A DNA stretch of 64,000 nt from Minisyncoccota bacterium (GCA_041688155.1 JBDNIW010000003.1:5555-69554); one strand, 5' to 3'; numbered from the stretch's first letter, positions 27,937-38,685 are shown. The notes: generated by a model not told the origin, from the sequence alone. Numbers and translations: made by a program.

Positions 27937-28824
27937 ATGCAGTACCTTAGTTCAACCGAAATCACCGCCCTTGAAAAACAAGCCAACGCAATTCGCCAGA
28001 GTATTATCGAAATGCTAACCGAGGCGGGCAGCGGCCACACCGCTGGACCACTGGGGATGGCAGATGTGTTTACGTTGCTGTATTTTGCGCTCCTCAAACA
28101 CGACCCCAAAAACCCTGACTGGGCTGACCGAGATCGATTGATATTGTCTAACGGCCACATCTGTCCGGTGCTGTATGCCACCATGGCGCACGCCGGGTAT
28201 TTCCCGATTGAAGAATTATTGACGCTACGCAAATTTGGCACGCGGCTGCAAGGGCACCCACACCGCCAAGCGCTCCCAGGGCTCGAGAACACCTCTGGTC
28301 CACTAGGGTCTGGTTTGTCGCAAGCGGTTGGGATGGCGATTGCGGATCGGATGGATAACCCGTACACGAGTAAATTCATCTACTGCCTGACTGGTGACGG
28401 CGAACTCCAAGAGGGACAAATCTGGGAAGCGGCGATGTTGGCTGGGAAAGAAAAGTTACACAACCTGATTGTGATTGTCGATCGCAACGGATTCCAGATT
28501 GACGGCTACACCCAAGACGTCATGCCGATGGAACCGCTAGCTGAGAAGTGGGAGAGTTTTGGGTTTGATGTGCAGGAAGTCGATGGGCACAGTATGCGAG
28601 CATTGAACGACGCGATTGGCAAAGCTCAGGCCGTGTACAGTCAGCCGTCTGTGATTTTGGCTCATACCATTGGGAGTAAAGGGGTGGACGTGTTTGAGCG
28701 CGATTTCCGATGGCACGGCAATCCTCCAGGCAAAGGCCCAGAAGATCGGGTGCCAAAATCCGAGCAAGCCAAAGTTGCCCTCGAGAAACTCCGGACCCTC
28801 GCCGGTACTATTGACCGCGGATAG
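27937..28824 (+). CDS. Transketolase, N-terminal subunit
   Basis: GSGH, DRLILSNGH, LQGHP and GDGELQEG (ThDP-binding) motifs. Confidence 0.95.
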   Translation: MQYLSSTEITALEKQANAIRQSIIEMLTEAGSGHTAGPLGMADVFTLLYFALLKHDPKNPDWADRDRLILSNGHICPVLYATMAHAGYFPIEELLTLRKFGTRLQGHPHRQALPGLENTSGPLGSGLSQAVGMAIADRMDNPYTSKFIYCLTGDGELQEGQIWEAAMLAGKEKLHNLIVIVDRNGFQIDGYTQDVMPMEPLAEKWESFGFDVQEVDGHSMRALNDAIGKAQAVYSQPSVILAHTIGSKGVDVFERDFRWHGNPPGKGPEDRVPKSEQAKVALEKLRTLAGTIDRG

Positions 28825-28847
28825 TTATGAATAATCACGCTTAGCCT

Positions 28848-29837
28848 ATGTTTACAGATCATGTTTCAGACACAATAAAAAACGGCGGTGACGTCGACCA
28901 GGTCGCCACTCGCGATGGGTTTGGTGAAGGCCTCCTTGAGGCTGGTAAGCGCGATGCGAGTGTTGTAGCACTGTGCTGTGACTTGACTGAGTCAACCAAG
29001 ACCAACTTGTTCGCCAATGAATTCCCCGAACGGTTTGTCCAGATTGGGGTGGCCGAGCAAAACCTGGCCTCAGTCGCCTCGGGTATGGCCGCCATGGGCA
29101 AGATTCCGTTTATCACCTCCTACGCGATGTTCTCACCTGGTCGCAACTGGGAGCAGATCCGCACTACCATTGCCTACAACGACGCCAACGTCAAAATCGT
29201 CGGTTCACACGCCGGTGTGTCAGTCGGGCCCGACGGTGCGACTCACCAGGCAATCGAAGATATGGCCATCATGCGGGCCGTTGCGAACATGATTGTGATC
29301 GCTCCAGCGGATGTACACGAAGCCCGCAAAGTCACCCTGGCTGCAGCCAAACACGAGGGTCCGATTTATTTCCGCCTCGGACGCTCTGGTACGCCAGTGG
29401 TCACCACCGAAGAAACGCCGTTTGAGATTGGCAAAGCCCAACTGATGTTCACTCGTGATGAGTCACTAGAGAAGAAAGTTGGTATCGTGTCCACCGGTTC
29501 ACTTTTATATAACGCACTCATGGCCGCCCATGAGTTACAGGTGGCAGGTATCGGTGCCTCAGTGTTGCACATGGCCACCATCAAGCCACTGGATACCCAA
29601 GCGCTAGCGGCGTTCGCCGCTGATCATGACGCCCTAGTGACGGTCGAAGAACATCAAATCAATGGTGCGCTTGGTAGTGCAGTCGCCGAATTTTTAAGTG
29701 AGACCAACCCGACCAAGATTGTCCGCATCGGCATCCAAGACCAATTCGGCCAGTCAGGCGAACCAGACGAGCTGATTGCCCACTACGGTATGGATGTACC
29801 AAGTATTGTCGCCGCGGGGAAACGAGTACTCGGGTAG
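28848..29837 (+). CDS. Transketolase, C-terminal subunit
   Basis: GVAEQN, GPDGATHQAIED, TIKPLD and TVEEH motifs. Confidence 0.95.
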   Translation: MFTDHVSDTIKNGGDVDQVATRDGFGEGLLEAGKRDASVVALCCDLTESTKTNLFANEFPERFVQIGVAEQNLASVASGMAAMGKIPFITSYAMFSPGRNWEQIRTTIAYNDANVKIVGSHAGVSVGPDGATHQAIEDMAIMRAVANMIVIAPADVHEARKVTLAAAKHEGPIYFRLGRSGTPVVTTEETPFEIGKAQLMFTRDESLEKKVGIVSTGSLLYNALMAAHELQVAGIGASVLHMATIKPLDTQALAAFAADHDALVTVEEHQINGALGSAVAEFLSETNPTKIVRIGIQDQFGQSGEPDELIAHYGMDVPSIVAAGKRVLG

Positions 29838-29857
29838 GTTAAATAATAAAGTAGCTA

Positions 29858-29898
29858 AACTAAAAGTGTCCAACATCGAGTGTTGGACACTTTTAGTT
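29858..29898. repeat. Palindrome (terminator or REP-like)
   Basis: aactaaaagtgtccaaca-tcgag-tgttggacacttttagtt, with 18-bp perfect arms. Confidence 0.7.
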
Positions 29899-30153
29899 GT
29901 AGAAAAAGAAAACACTCTCAAAAGAGTGCAAAGCCAGCGAAGTACATTTATAGTTGGTAATAACACTCACCGTTAAGCGAGGGGGTTTTCACGTTTGATT
30001 CCAGAAAAAACCGCTTACAAAAACTCCTGGATTTATGGTCGGTATCCCGGACCCGGACGTCGTAAACTCTTGCTGCGGTATCGATGCAACCGGCTGGCCA
30101 CAGCGGCCTCTCCACAATCGAGCAGAGTTAATTAAAGTCTAGTATGATTATGT

Positions 30154-30187
30154 GTAACAAACCCACTCAATTGAGTGGGTTTGTTAC
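30154..30187. terminator. Perfect 34-bp palindrome, probable bidirectional terminator
   Basis: gtaacaaacccactcaa|ttgagtgggtttgttac, just downstream of the pfkB-family gene. Confidence 0.75.
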
Positions 30188-30205
30188 TTTTCTATTGCAA
30201 TTCGA

Positions 30206-31207
30206 TTACACCTTACTTGGCAGATAGAAATCCGGACGTTGTTCTAGGTACTTCATCAGCTCCGCCATCGGTAGCAGTCCGGCTTGAGCGCCGACGTGCT
30301 GGACGACGTTCATGGAGTTGATGGGCCCCCAGGATAGGGCTTCGGCTGGGTCTTTACCGAGGATGATGGCTGAGGTAAAGGTTGATGAGAACGCATCACC
30401 CGCACCAGTGCGGTCAACTGGCGCGGCTGGATCTGGGTACATCGGCATGTGCCAGGCTTGGTCGTCAGCATCGACGGTAAACGCACCGTTTGGCCCGTCG
30501 GTCACCACTGGGATAGTTGGCCCGAGTTCTCGTATCATCCGCACTAACGTCGGGATGTCTTGCTCGGTGGTCTTGAGGATTTCTTGTGCCTCTTCTTTGT
30601 TGCAAAAGAAAATCTCGGTGTTCTGGTACACGTCAGCGAGCGCTTCATGTCCAACTTTGATCTGGAAAGTGCCAGGTTGGAAGGCTAGTTTGGTGTCGTT
30701 GCTTTTGACGTACTCGGCAATCTCGTGGTGGTACGGGATACCGTGTTCACCCACTGATGAGAAGTAAAAGAATTTGGGCGGGACAGGGAAGTCAGGTAGC
30801 GCGTACGGGTAGGTTTCGTGGTTGATCAAAATGGTTCGTTCTGCGCCGTAGCGCAACACGTAGTGGTAGTTGGTTTTTTTGTCTTCGTGGATTTTGACAA
30901 AGTCGGTATGTATGCCTTGGTCGCGCAGGGCTTGGAGACATTCTTTACCAAATTTATCGTTCCCGATGTGGGTCACCAGACCAGTCTCGAGTCCCAGTCG
31001 GTGGGCCGAACACGCCGCATTAGGCGAGTTTCCAACCGCCGGTACAACCACGACGTCGTCGTATGGTAACTTGCTGCCAAACGGCATTTGGAGTGTCTTG
31101 CGGCCAGTGTCCTGGTCGATTGAGACATCGGCTTGGTCAACGTTCAGTTGGATAAAAGCATCTATAAGGATGTCGCCAATGGCGACGAAATCGTATTGTT
31201 GTGACAT
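30206..31207 (-). CDS. PfkB-family carbohydrate kinase
   Basis: GNSPNAA..RLG; NKEEA; VTDGPNG; DRTGAGDAF. Confidence 0.93.
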   Translation of the reverse strand: MSQQYDFVAIGDILIDAFIQLNVDQADVSIDQDTGRKTLQMPFGSKLPYDDVVVVPAVGNSPNAACSAHRLGLETGLVTHIGNDKFGKECLQALRDQGIHTDFVKIHEDKKTNYHYVLRYGAERTILINHETYPYALPDFPVPPKFFYFSSVGEHGIPYHHEIAEYVKSNDTKLAFQPGTFQIKVGHEALADVYQNTEIFFCNKEEAQEILKTTEQDIPTLVRMIRELGPTIPVVTDGPNGAFTVDADDQAWHMPMYPDPAAPVDRTGAGDAFSSTFTSAIILGKDPAEALSWGPINSMNVVQHVGAQAGLLPMAELMKYLEQRPDFYLPSKV

Positions 31208-31306
31208 ATATGACTAGTGTAACATCACCCCTCTGGTCGTTTCTACGCAGCGTGGACAGCGCGACCCCCTTCACATATCTGCGGTTTATGCTAGAGTATG
31301 CGCCAT

Positions 31307-31936
31307 ATGACAACATCAGTAGCAGTAGTAGCGCGTGACGCGAGTACATCTCGCGCCGCGCTCCCAGCGGGACACATCCCAGCCGTCGTTTATGGGCCTA
31401 AACAAGAACCGATTTCTATTTCAGTTGAAGAGAAGACGTTTGATAAAATCCGCAAAGAAGCGGGTGAGTCAACTATTCTTGAGCTGACCGGACTAGCGGA
31501 CCCGATAGAAGTTTTAATCAAACACATCGATTTTGCACCCACTCGAGTCGAGATGACGCACGTGGATTTCTACGCGATTGAACGTGGTAAGGCCATGACC
31601 GTCACCGTTGGTATCGAGTTTACTGGCGTGGCGCCAGCCGAGAAAAACGGAATTGGTAGTGTGACCAAAGCCATGCAGGAAATCGAAGTGACCTGTCTGC
31701 CGCGCAACCTACCAGCTGAGATTATGGTTGATGTATCGGTGCTGGTTGATGCCCACTCTAAAATCACTGTGGCCGACCTACCAGCGCTTGAGGGTGTTAC
31801 CTACGAGGCTGATCCGACTGACGCTGTCGTGGTGATCAGTGTCACCAAGGAAGAAGCTGACGCTGACCCAGAAGAGGTCGACATGGCAGCAGTGGCGGTC
31901 GCAGGAGAAAAAACTCCAGCCGAGCCGACTGAGTAG
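31307..31936 (+). CDS. rplY: 50S ribosomal protein L25/Ctc
   Basis: IPAVVYG; HVDFY; TL5-type C-terminal domain. Confidence 0.93.
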   Translation: MTTSVAVVARDASTSRAALPAGHIPAVVYGPKQEPISISVEEKTFDKIRKEAGESTILELTGLADPIEVLIKHIDFAPTRVEMTHVDFYAIERGKAMTVTVGIEFTGVAPAEKNGIGSVTKAMQEIEVTCLPRNLPAEIMVDVSVLVDAHSKITVADLPALEGVTYEADPTDAVVVISVTKEEADADPEEVDMAAVAVAGEKTPAEPTE

Positions 31937-32007
31937 TCAGTTTTGTACCCAGCCAGACCGCCTAGTTCCCCTTGGGAATTTGGCGGTCTTTTTGGTATAC
32001 TATGGGG

Positions 32008-33369
32008 ATGAAAAATGTTGCGGTGTTTTTGTTACTTGTCAGTTTTATAATTGCTCCCATGGGGGAAGTGTTGGCTGAGTCTGATGCTGATAGGCGAGCC
32101 CGGATTGAGGCGCAGCTACAGAGCGTCGAACGTCAGATTTTGACGCAACAACGTATCGTCGAAGATAAACAAGTCGAGCGTCGTTCGCTCGAACGAGACA
32201 TGGCGATTATCGAAAGTGAGATCACCCAAGTCCAGCTTGGTATCCAAGCGCGTAGTGCCTCGATTGAACAACTGTCTGACCAGATTGGGGACAAAGAAGT
32301 TGTGCTTGATGTGCTCGCTGAAAAGTCAGCCAAGCAGCAAAACTCTCTGGCCGACCTGGTGCGCAAGTCGGCGTTGATTGAGGAATACTCGCTCGTGGAG
32401 GTGATGCTTAGTCGGGAGAGTTTTTCGGATTTCTTCACCGACGTCGCTACGTTTGAAACGCTCAAAGATTCTCTCAATGAATCACTGGTCATCTTGCACG
32501 GCATCCGGCGCGATACGGTTGAGCAGCGAGAAGAGTTGTCGGGCAAACAAGAAACCGAGGCGGAAATGCGCCGCATCCAAGAATTAGAAAAAAAACAAAT
32601 CGAAGTCAAAGAACGCGAAAAAGATCAGATACTAACCGTCACCAAGGGTGAAGAAGCGGAGTATCAAGCCCTCCTGAGTTCACAACAAAAAACGGCCGCC
32701 CAACTGCGAAGCCAACTCTTCGACCTGCTTGGAGGTGGGGGAGGTATTCCATTCCCCCAAGCGGTGGAGCTCGCTAAGTACGCCGGCGGCGTCACCGGGA
32801 TTGACCCCGCGTTTATCCTGGCCATCCTCGAGCAAGAAACCAACCTTGGGTCGAACCTGGGAGGGTGTGTGTTTACTGATAGTACGTCCGCTCGACCAGT
32901 CATGCACCCAACGCGCGATGAACCGGTATTCTTGGCGATTGCTGAGATCCTTGGATTCAACCCGAACACGAGAACCGTGTCGTGTCCGATTGTGCAAAAC
33001 GGCACGCGAGTCGGGTGGGGAGGAGCGATGGGGCCATCACAGTTTATCCCGTCGACCTGGGCGGCGTACGGGGGAATTGTGAATGATGGTATCGGTGGGT
33101 TTAAGTATGACCGCTCAGCTGATGCCATTCGCGCGATTAACGGCGGTGACATCGCTAACCCATTCAACAACCGCGATGCCTTTCTAGCGACAGCTCTACT
33201 CTTGCGTGATAACGGTTCCCGAGGAACGTTTGACTCCGACCGCACCGCAGCGCTGCGATACTACGCCGGCTGGGGTGGGGCCAACAACCCAGCCAATGCG
33301 TTTTATGGTAACCAGGTCATGAACCGTAAAGCCAGGCTGGCTAACGAGATGCAGATCCTGGGGTACTAG
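32008..33369 (+). CDS. Coiled-coil protein with lytic murein transglycosylase (SLT_2-like) domain
   Basis: Signal peptide, PcsB-like coiled coil, [24 protein letters not shown] and RYYAG. Confidence 0.85.
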   Translation: MKNVAVFLLLVSFIIAPMGEVLAESDADRRARIEAQLQSVERQILTQQRIVEDKQVERRSLERDMAIIESEITQVQLGIQARSASIEQLSDQIGDKEVVLDVLAEKSAKQQNSLADLVRKSALIEEYSLVEVMLSRESFSDFFTDVATFETLKDSLNESLVILHGIRRDTVEQREELSGKQETEAEMRRIQELEKKQIEVKEREKDQILTVTKGEEAEYQALLSSQQKTAAQLRSQLFDLLGGGGGIPFPQAVELAKYAGGVTGIDPAFILAILEQETNLGSNLGGCVFTDSTSARPVMHPTRDEPVFLAIAEILGFNPNTRTVSCPIVQNGTRVGWGGAMGPSQFIPSTWAAYGGIVNDGIGGFKYDRSADAIRAINGGDIANPFNNRDAFLATALLLRDNGSRGTFDSDRTAALRYYAGWGGANNPANAFYGNQVMNRKARLANEMQILGY

Positions 33370-33377
33370 TGCTGCTA

Positions 33378-33405
33378 TTGCCAAACGGCTACTATTTGCT
33401 ATAGT
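33378..33405 (+). promoter_or_regulatory. Sigma70 promoter of rpmE2
   Basis: TTGCCA-N16-TATAGT with extended TG. Nearly the same architecture occurs at rpmF (60035-60062). Confidence 0.65.
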
Positions 33406-33475
33406 TCGCGCACTACAGATTAGGTGCTCCCACTTATTATATTCCAATTCAGGGTGTGCCGAAGTAAATATAGAT

Positions 33476-33739
33476 ATGAAAAAAGACATTCACCCAGACA
33501 ACTACCGACCGGTACTATTTCACGACAACTCCTCAAACGAGCGGATGTTGATTGGTTCAACGGTAGAAACAGCTAAAACTGACAAGTGGACTGACGGTAA
33601 CGAGTATCCACTAGTGCAGGTAGACGTCACCAGTGCATCACACCCGTTTTATACTGGACAAGAGAAGTCACTCGACACCGCTGGACGAGTTGATCGGTTC
33701 AAGCAGCGAATGGCAAAAGCAGGAAAAAGCAAAGCGTAG
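33476..33739 (+). CDS. rpmE2: 50S ribosomal protein L31 type B
   Basis: MKKDIHP..YRPVLF.D; SHPFYTG; GRVDRF; no Cys. Confidence 0.95.
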   Translation: MKKDIHPDNYRPVLFHDNSSNERMLIGSTVETAKTDKWTDGNEYPLVQVDVTSASHPFYTGQEKSLDTAGRVDRFKQRMAKAGKSKA

Positions 33740-33745
33740 CTATGC

Positions 33746-33785
33746 CAAAACCGCAGCGGGCACCTGGGTGTCCGCTGCGGTTTTG
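33746..33785 (+). terminator. Intrinsic terminator
   Basis: caaaaccgcagcgggcac-ctgg-gtgtccgctgcggttttg. Confidence 0.8.
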
Positions 33786-33804
33786 TGTATACTAAAATCA
33801 CTAT

Positions 33805-34791
33805 ATGCAATACGATACAGATAAGTTACAAGAATTCAAAGACTATCAAAAAACGCAATTCTTAGCGTCGCAGTTTGAGAGTGAGTTGGTGAAATTGACC
33901 GACGCACAAGAGCTGGCAGATAGTGACCCTGAGATGGCCGAACTTGCGGTCGAAGAAATCGCTCAGTTGACCAAGCAGCTCCAAGACCAGTTTGCCGAAA
34001 TGGAGCACATCGTCGAGTCAAACAAAGAAGAAGAAAAAAAACCATACGGTGTGATGCTCGAAGTGCGCGCGGGTGCTGGCGGCGATGAAGCCTCCTTGTT
34101 TGCGGCGGAGTTAGCGGGGATGTATTTGAAATACGCTGAGGTGCAAGGTTGGCCAACGATGCGCAACAGCGTCTCAGCGACTGAGGCTGGTGGGTACAAA
34201 GAAGCGATGTTCGAAATCATGGGCAATCAGGTCTACGACCATTTGCGCTACGAGACTGGTGTACACCGTGTACAACGGATCCCTGCGACCGAAAAGCAAG
34301 GTCGAATCCACACTTCGACTGCCTCAATCGCGGTGCTGCCAATGCGCAAAAAGCCAACGATAGATATTAATCTTGGCGACATCGATACCGAATTCTCACG
34401 CGCTGGTGGTGCTGGCGGGCAGAACGTGAACAAAGTCGAAACGGCCGTGCGTCTGGTGCACCGCCCATCTGGCATCGACGTCCGCTGCGAGACCGACCGG
34501 TCTCAACTCAAAAACCGTCTCAAAGCGATGGAGATGCTCATGGCCAAGCTAGAGGCCATTTTTGAGGAAGAACAAGCCGCCAAACACGCCGCTGTTCGCA
34601 AAGGTCAGATTGGCACCGGGGACCGCAGTGAGAAAATCCGTACCTATAATTTCCCGCAAAACCGCATTACCGATCACCGTATCAAAGAGTCCTGGCACAC
34701 GGTAGAAGCCACCCTTGGGGGTGCCCTCAGCCCGATTGTAGAAGCGATGCAAGCGGCCGCCGCCGCCGGCGACGAAGCAGTTGCAGAGTAA
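33805..34791 (+). CDS. prfA: Peptide chain release factor 1
   Basis: PAT tripeptide ([14 protein letters not shown]); GGQ; [12 protein letters not shown]. Confidence 0.95.
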   Translation: MQYDTDKLQEFKDYQKTQFLASQFESELVKLTDAQELADSDPEMAELAVEEIAQLTKQLQDQFAEMEHIVESNKEEEKKPYGVMLEVRAGAGGDEASLFAAELAGMYLKYAEVQGWPTMRNSVSATEAGGYKEAMFEIMGNQVYDHLRYETGVHRVQRIPATEKQGRIHTSTASIAVLPMRKKPTIDINLGDIDTEFSRAGGAGGQNVNKVETAVRLVHRPSGIDVRCETDRSQLKNRLKAMEMLMAKLEAIFEEEQAAKHAAVRKGQIGTGDRSEKIRTYNFPQNRITDHRIKESWHTVEATLGGALSPIVEAMQAAAAAGDEAVAE

Positions 34792-34842
34792 CGTTTTTCG
34801 TAGTACTGTACTGCCACCTTGCGGTACAGCTGTATCGCAGAG

Positions 34843-34964
34843 TCTCCAAGCACCACTTGCTGTCCCTGTGATTCGTGTGGCACCGAGCGGGACGATTGTC
34901 TAATCGTTCACTCAGTCACCTCGACACTCCTGTAGCATTTATTATTTAACCGGCAGCTTGGGGG
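34843..34964 (+). ncRNA. Structured RNA upstream of rpsB (short 6S-like RNA or S2 leader)
   Basis: Nested pairings: tctccaagc/gcttggggg, tgctg/tagca, gtgtgg/tcgacac, gacgatt/aatcgtt. Confidence 0.45.
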
Positions 34965-35020
34965 AATGATCACTCACCGTTCTGGTGAAGCACTCTTAAT
35001 TAAACTAATCCATAAAATCT

Positions 35021-35761
35021 ATGTCAGATAAAAATCTCGTTAGTCGATTGTTCGAAGCTGGAGCGCACTTTGGCTTCAAAAAAGCTCGTCGTCACCCAAC
35101 TGCTGCACCATTTTTATATACTACCAAAGAAGGAAGTGACGTGATTGATCTTGCTAAAACCAGTGAGCTGTTGATTGCTGCCAAAGCAACCCTCAAAGAA
35201 GCGGGCTCAATGGGTAAGACTGTCCTGTTTGTCGGTACCAAAGACGAAGCGTCTAAGATTGTCAAAGTCGCGGCTGAAAAAGCCGAAACACTGTACGTGA
35301 CCAACCGTTGGATCGGAGGGATGTTGACCAACTTCACCGAAATCAAAAAACGAATCAACCGACTAGAAGAACTGACCAACGAAAAAACTACGGGAGAACT
35401 CGATCGCAAGTACACTAAAAAAGAACGTGTAGTCATCGGACGGGAAGCGACCAAACTAGAATTTAACTTTTTTGGTATTTCCAAAATGACTCGGATGCCA
35501 GACTTGCTACTGGTGGTTGACCCAAGGCACGACAGTATCGCCGTGGCAGAAGCCACCGAAAAGCGCATCCCAATCATGGCTATCATGAGTACCGACGGTG
35601 ACGCTAGTATGATCAAATACCCAGTGGTCGCTAACGACGCTCTGCAGACCAGCGTGTCACTTATCATGGAAGAATTGACCGCAGCGTACATCGAAGGCAA
35701 GTCAGCTTTTGTCCCCAAAGAAGTGGCTCCAGTTGGGAACACTCGACGTCGGACAGCCTAA
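35021..35761 (+). CDS. rpsB: 30S ribosomal protein S2
   Basis: EAGAHFG; LFVGTK; RWIGGMLTNF; ANDA. Confidence 0.97.
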   Translation: MSDKNLVSRLFEAGAHFGFKKARRHPTAAPFLYTTKEGSDVIDLAKTSELLIAAKATLKEAGSMGKTVLFVGTKDEASKIVKVAAEKAETLYVTNRWIGGMLTNFTEIKKRINRLEELTNEKTTGELDRKYTKKERVVIGREATKLEFNFFGISKMTRMPDLLLVVDPRHDSIAVAEATEKRIPIMAIMSTDGDASMIKYPVVANDALQTSVSLIMEELTAAYIEGKSAFVPKEVAPVGNTRRRTA

Positions 35762-35813
35762 CCAACTCTGGTATAATCGACCAATCTTACTTACACCTTA
35801 AATTGTATTTTGT

Positions 35814-36398
35814 ATGGAAATTAATTCAGCGCAACTAAAAGAACTACGAGCCAAAACTGGCATCTCGGTGATGCAATGTAAACAAGCGCTCGAAGAAGCT
35901 AAGGGTGACATGGACAAAGCCGTAATCATCCTAAAGAAACGACGTGCCGAAGCAGCCGACAAGAAAGCTGATCGTGCCCTCGGTGCTGGCGCAGTTGGTG
36001 TGTACGTTCATAACACCAACGAAGTAGCAGCGACGGTCCTCCTAGCATGTGAGACAGATTTTGTGTCTAAAAACCAAGAATTCATCGCTCTAGCTCGCGA
36101 TATTGCCATGCACGTTGCAGCGTCAGACCCCAAATTCATCAGCAAGTCAGAACTACCAGCTGACGCCACCGAAAAAGCGACCGAGGTGTTCGCTCCAGAA
36201 CTAGAAGGCAAACCAGAAGACATGAAAGCAAAAATCATGGAAGGGAAGCTGGCGTCATACTTCAAAGATCAAATCCTCCTTGAGCAAGATTTCATCAAGA
36301 ACCCTGAACACACCATCGGAGAAATGATTTCAGGTGCCATCCAGAAATTTGGTGAAAAAGTTTCAATTGAGCAGATTTCACGCGTCTCAGTAAAATAA
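35814..36398 (+). CDS. tsf: Elongation factor Ts (short form)
   Basis: LKELRAKTG...CKQAL; CETDFV; IAMHVAA; follows rpsB. Confidence 0.96.
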   Translation: MEINSAQLKELRAKTGISVMQCKQALEEAKGDMDKAVIILKKRRAEAADKKADRALGAGAVGVYVHNTNEVAATVLLACETDFVSKNQEFIALARDIAMHVAASDPKFISKSELPADATEKATEVFAPELEGKPEDMKAKIMEGKLASYFKDQILLEQDFIKNPEHTIGEMISGAIQKFGEKVSIEQISRVSVK

Positions 36399-36402
36399 CC
36401 GC

Positions 36403-36798
36403 ATGGTGCTACTCTCTGGTAGTATCTTGGCAGGAGCAACGGTCGCACTGATCGTTGCTTTGGTCGTGATTGGCGCCGAGCAGAAAAAAGGCGCCCGACT
36501 GTTCCTAACTAGCGTTCGAGGTTGGATTGATCAGCGGTTGGAAGGCTTCGCCCGTTGGCTACGACAAGCATCGCACATCGTGGCGATTTCGGCGATGTAC
36601 CTCGTGCATCAGGTCCGAGCGGGTCTTGCTCGCGCCATCGCTCCCCAGCCGAGGCGCCGACAAAAACCACCTGAGCGGCTTCAGTTCGAGCACACCGACA
36701 ATCACCTCAGCTCCATGCACGACCACAAGTCAGACACGGCATTAACCGAAGCCCAAAAGAAAAAACTCCGCACCAAAAAGCTCGAAGAAAGATTTTGA
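36403..36798 (+). CDS. Hypothetical membrane protein
   Basis: N-terminal TM and basic C-terminus; tightly spaced between tsf and the ABC gene. Confidence 0.6.
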   Translation: MVLLSGSILAGATVALIVALVVIGAEQKKGARLFLTSVRGWIDQRLEGFARWLRQASHIVAISAMYLVHQVRAGLARAIAPQPRRRQKPPERLQFEHTDNHLSSMHDHKSDTALTEAQKKKLRTKKLEERF

Positions 36799-36822
36799 CG
36801 GTGAAGCGTCATAACTACCACT

Positions 36823-38583
36823 ATGCAAACAGAAAACTATTCTGGAGATATTCCTAATAAGCCTTGGGGCTTTATGTGGTACGTCAGTCAGCCATACAAG
36901 TGGTGGTTTTTTGTAACCGTGCTGATTGTTGTAACGGCCGCTGTTCTTAATCAGAGTACGAGTTATTTATATAAACTAATCGTCGACGCTGCAGAAGCTG
37001 GAAAAAGTAGCGAAGTTATATTTTATGCTCTTTTGTATCCGGTAGCGATTCTTATAGTCCAACTGCTATTTCGATTGTCTTCTGTAACGGGTATTAGATT
37101 CATAACACCGGCTATGAAGCATTGCTCAGACGTGTTGAGTGAATACACACTGCAACACAGTGACTCATACTATGCCAATAGGTTTTCAGGATCTATTCTG
37201 ACGAAGTTTGGTAACGTTGTCGGCGGTATTGGGCAAATAGTTCCAGATTTCTTTTGGAACATACTAGGTAGCTTTACTTCATTTGTTGTGGCGTTTGGAT
37301 TTATGTTGACGGTGAACCTGTATGTTGCCGGAATCTTCCTGGTACTAGTTTTGGTGATGGTTATATTAAACTATAAACTTTCACCCCAGAAACGGAAATT
37401 GTCACGTGCTCACGCTGCTTCTAGAAGTAAATTAGTGGGAAGGACTGCGGACGTTTTAACTAATGTCGCTGCTGCTCGACAGTACGTAGGACTAGAGCAA
37501 GAGTTGTTTCAACTTAAAGAATTAACGACAGGTCGCCTTGAGGCACATCAGCGAACGTGGAAATATTCAGAAAAGACCAGATTAGTAAATGCGATAGTGC
37601 TCTTTTTTGCAACTAGTTCAATGTTCTATATTTTAGTTACAAGTTGGCAGGCTGGTGAAGCTACTACGGGTGAATTAGTTTTAATTCTGACGTTGGTCTC
37701 GCAAGTTGCATACAACCTCACAACTATTGGTAAAATATTTGACTCCTTTTCTCAAGCGTTTGGTGAAATGGAGGAAGGGCTGAATGATATATTCGTCGAT
37801 CACGAAATTATGGACATTCCGAACGCCATTACTCTTACAACCAGCAAAGGCCAGATCACATTTGACCGCACAACGTTCTCATACGACTCAGAGACTGTCT
37901 TTGAAGATTTAAATCTCGTCATCGAGCCAGGGCAACGGGTCGGTCTAGTCGGTCCGTCTGGAGCAGGGAAGAGTACACTCGTGTCACTTTTATTGCGTCA
38001 GCATAACCTCAATCAAGGAGCAATTTTAATTGATGGACAGAACCTCGCTGAGGTGACCCAGGACTCACTGCGGGCAAACATTGCGCTGGTACCCCAAGAA
38101 CCAATGTTGTTCCATCGCAGCATTCGCGAGAACATCATGTACGGCAAGCCAGATGCCAGCCACGAGGAGTTGGTACAGGCAGCTGAACGCGCACAGGCCC
38201 GCGACTTCATCGAAGCTCTGCCCGAAGGGTACGGCACTCTGGTTGGTGAGCGTGGAGTCAAACTATCAGGCGGACAGAAACAGCGCGTTGCTATCGCGCG
38301 TGCGATGTTGAAAGAAGCACCGATTCTCGTATTAGATGAGGCAACCAGTGCGCTCGACAGTGAGAGTGAGGTCGCCATCCAAAAGGCGCTGGAAGAGTTG
38401 ATGGAAGGCAAGACCGTGATTGCGGTGGCGCACCGGCTGTCGACCCTTAGAAAGATGGATCGTATCCTGGTAATTGAGGCCGGCAAGATTGTTGAGGATG
38501 GTACCCACGAGACACTTACTGAGGCGGGTGGTTTGTATGCAAGGTTGTGGAATCACCAGGCTGGTGGGTTCCTTCAGGAGTAA
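36823..38583 (+). CDS. ABC exporter, fused permease/ATPase (MdlB/MsbA-like)
   Basis: TM domain; GPSGAGKS; LSGGQKQR; VLDEATSALD; AHRLST. Confidence 0.95.
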   Translation: MQTENYSGDIPNKPWGFMWYVSQPYKWWFFVTVLIVVTAAVLNQSTSYLYKLIVDAAEAGKSSEVIFYALLYPVAILIVQLLFRLSSVTGIRFITPAMKHCSDVLSEYTLQHSDSYYANRFSGSILTKFGNVVGGIGQIVPDFFWNILGSFTSFVVAFGFMLTVNLYVAGIFLVLVLVMVILNYKLSPQKRKLSRAHAASRSKLVGRTADVLTNVAAARQYVGLEQELFQLKELTTGRLEAHQRTWKYSEKTRLVNAIVLFFATSSMFYILVTSWQAGEATTGELVLILTLVSQVAYNLTTIGKIFDSFSQAFGEMEEGLNDIFVDHEIMDIPNAITLTTSKGQITFDRTTFSYDSETVFEDLNLVIEPGQRVGLVGPSGAGKSTLVSLLLRQHNLNQGAILIDGQNLAEVTQDSLRANIALVPQEPMLFHRSIRENIMYGKPDASHEELVQAAERAQARDFIEALPEGYGTLVGERGVKLSGGQKQRVAIARAMLKEAPILVLDEATSALDSESEVAIQKALEELMEGKTVIAVAHRLSTLRKMDRILVIEAGKIVEDGTHETLTEAGGLYARLWNHQAGGFLQE

Positions 38584-38673
38584 TACAGGGGTTCGACCCA
38601 CGTATTACTGATCACATTGTGTGCCATCAAACCTAGGACATCAGCTGCCTACTAGTTGTGGCAGTGCAGAGTT

Positions 38674-38685
38674 TGAGCCACCTGT
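38674..38685. repeat. 12-bp copy of the tRNA-Thr 3' end (att-like)
   Basis: tgagccacctgt is identical to 38917-38928. Confidence 0.55.

Noticed and set aside
38581-38607. gggTTCGAccc as a second tRNA
   Set aside because: It is only a T-loop-like hairpin, with no D arm or anticodon arm.
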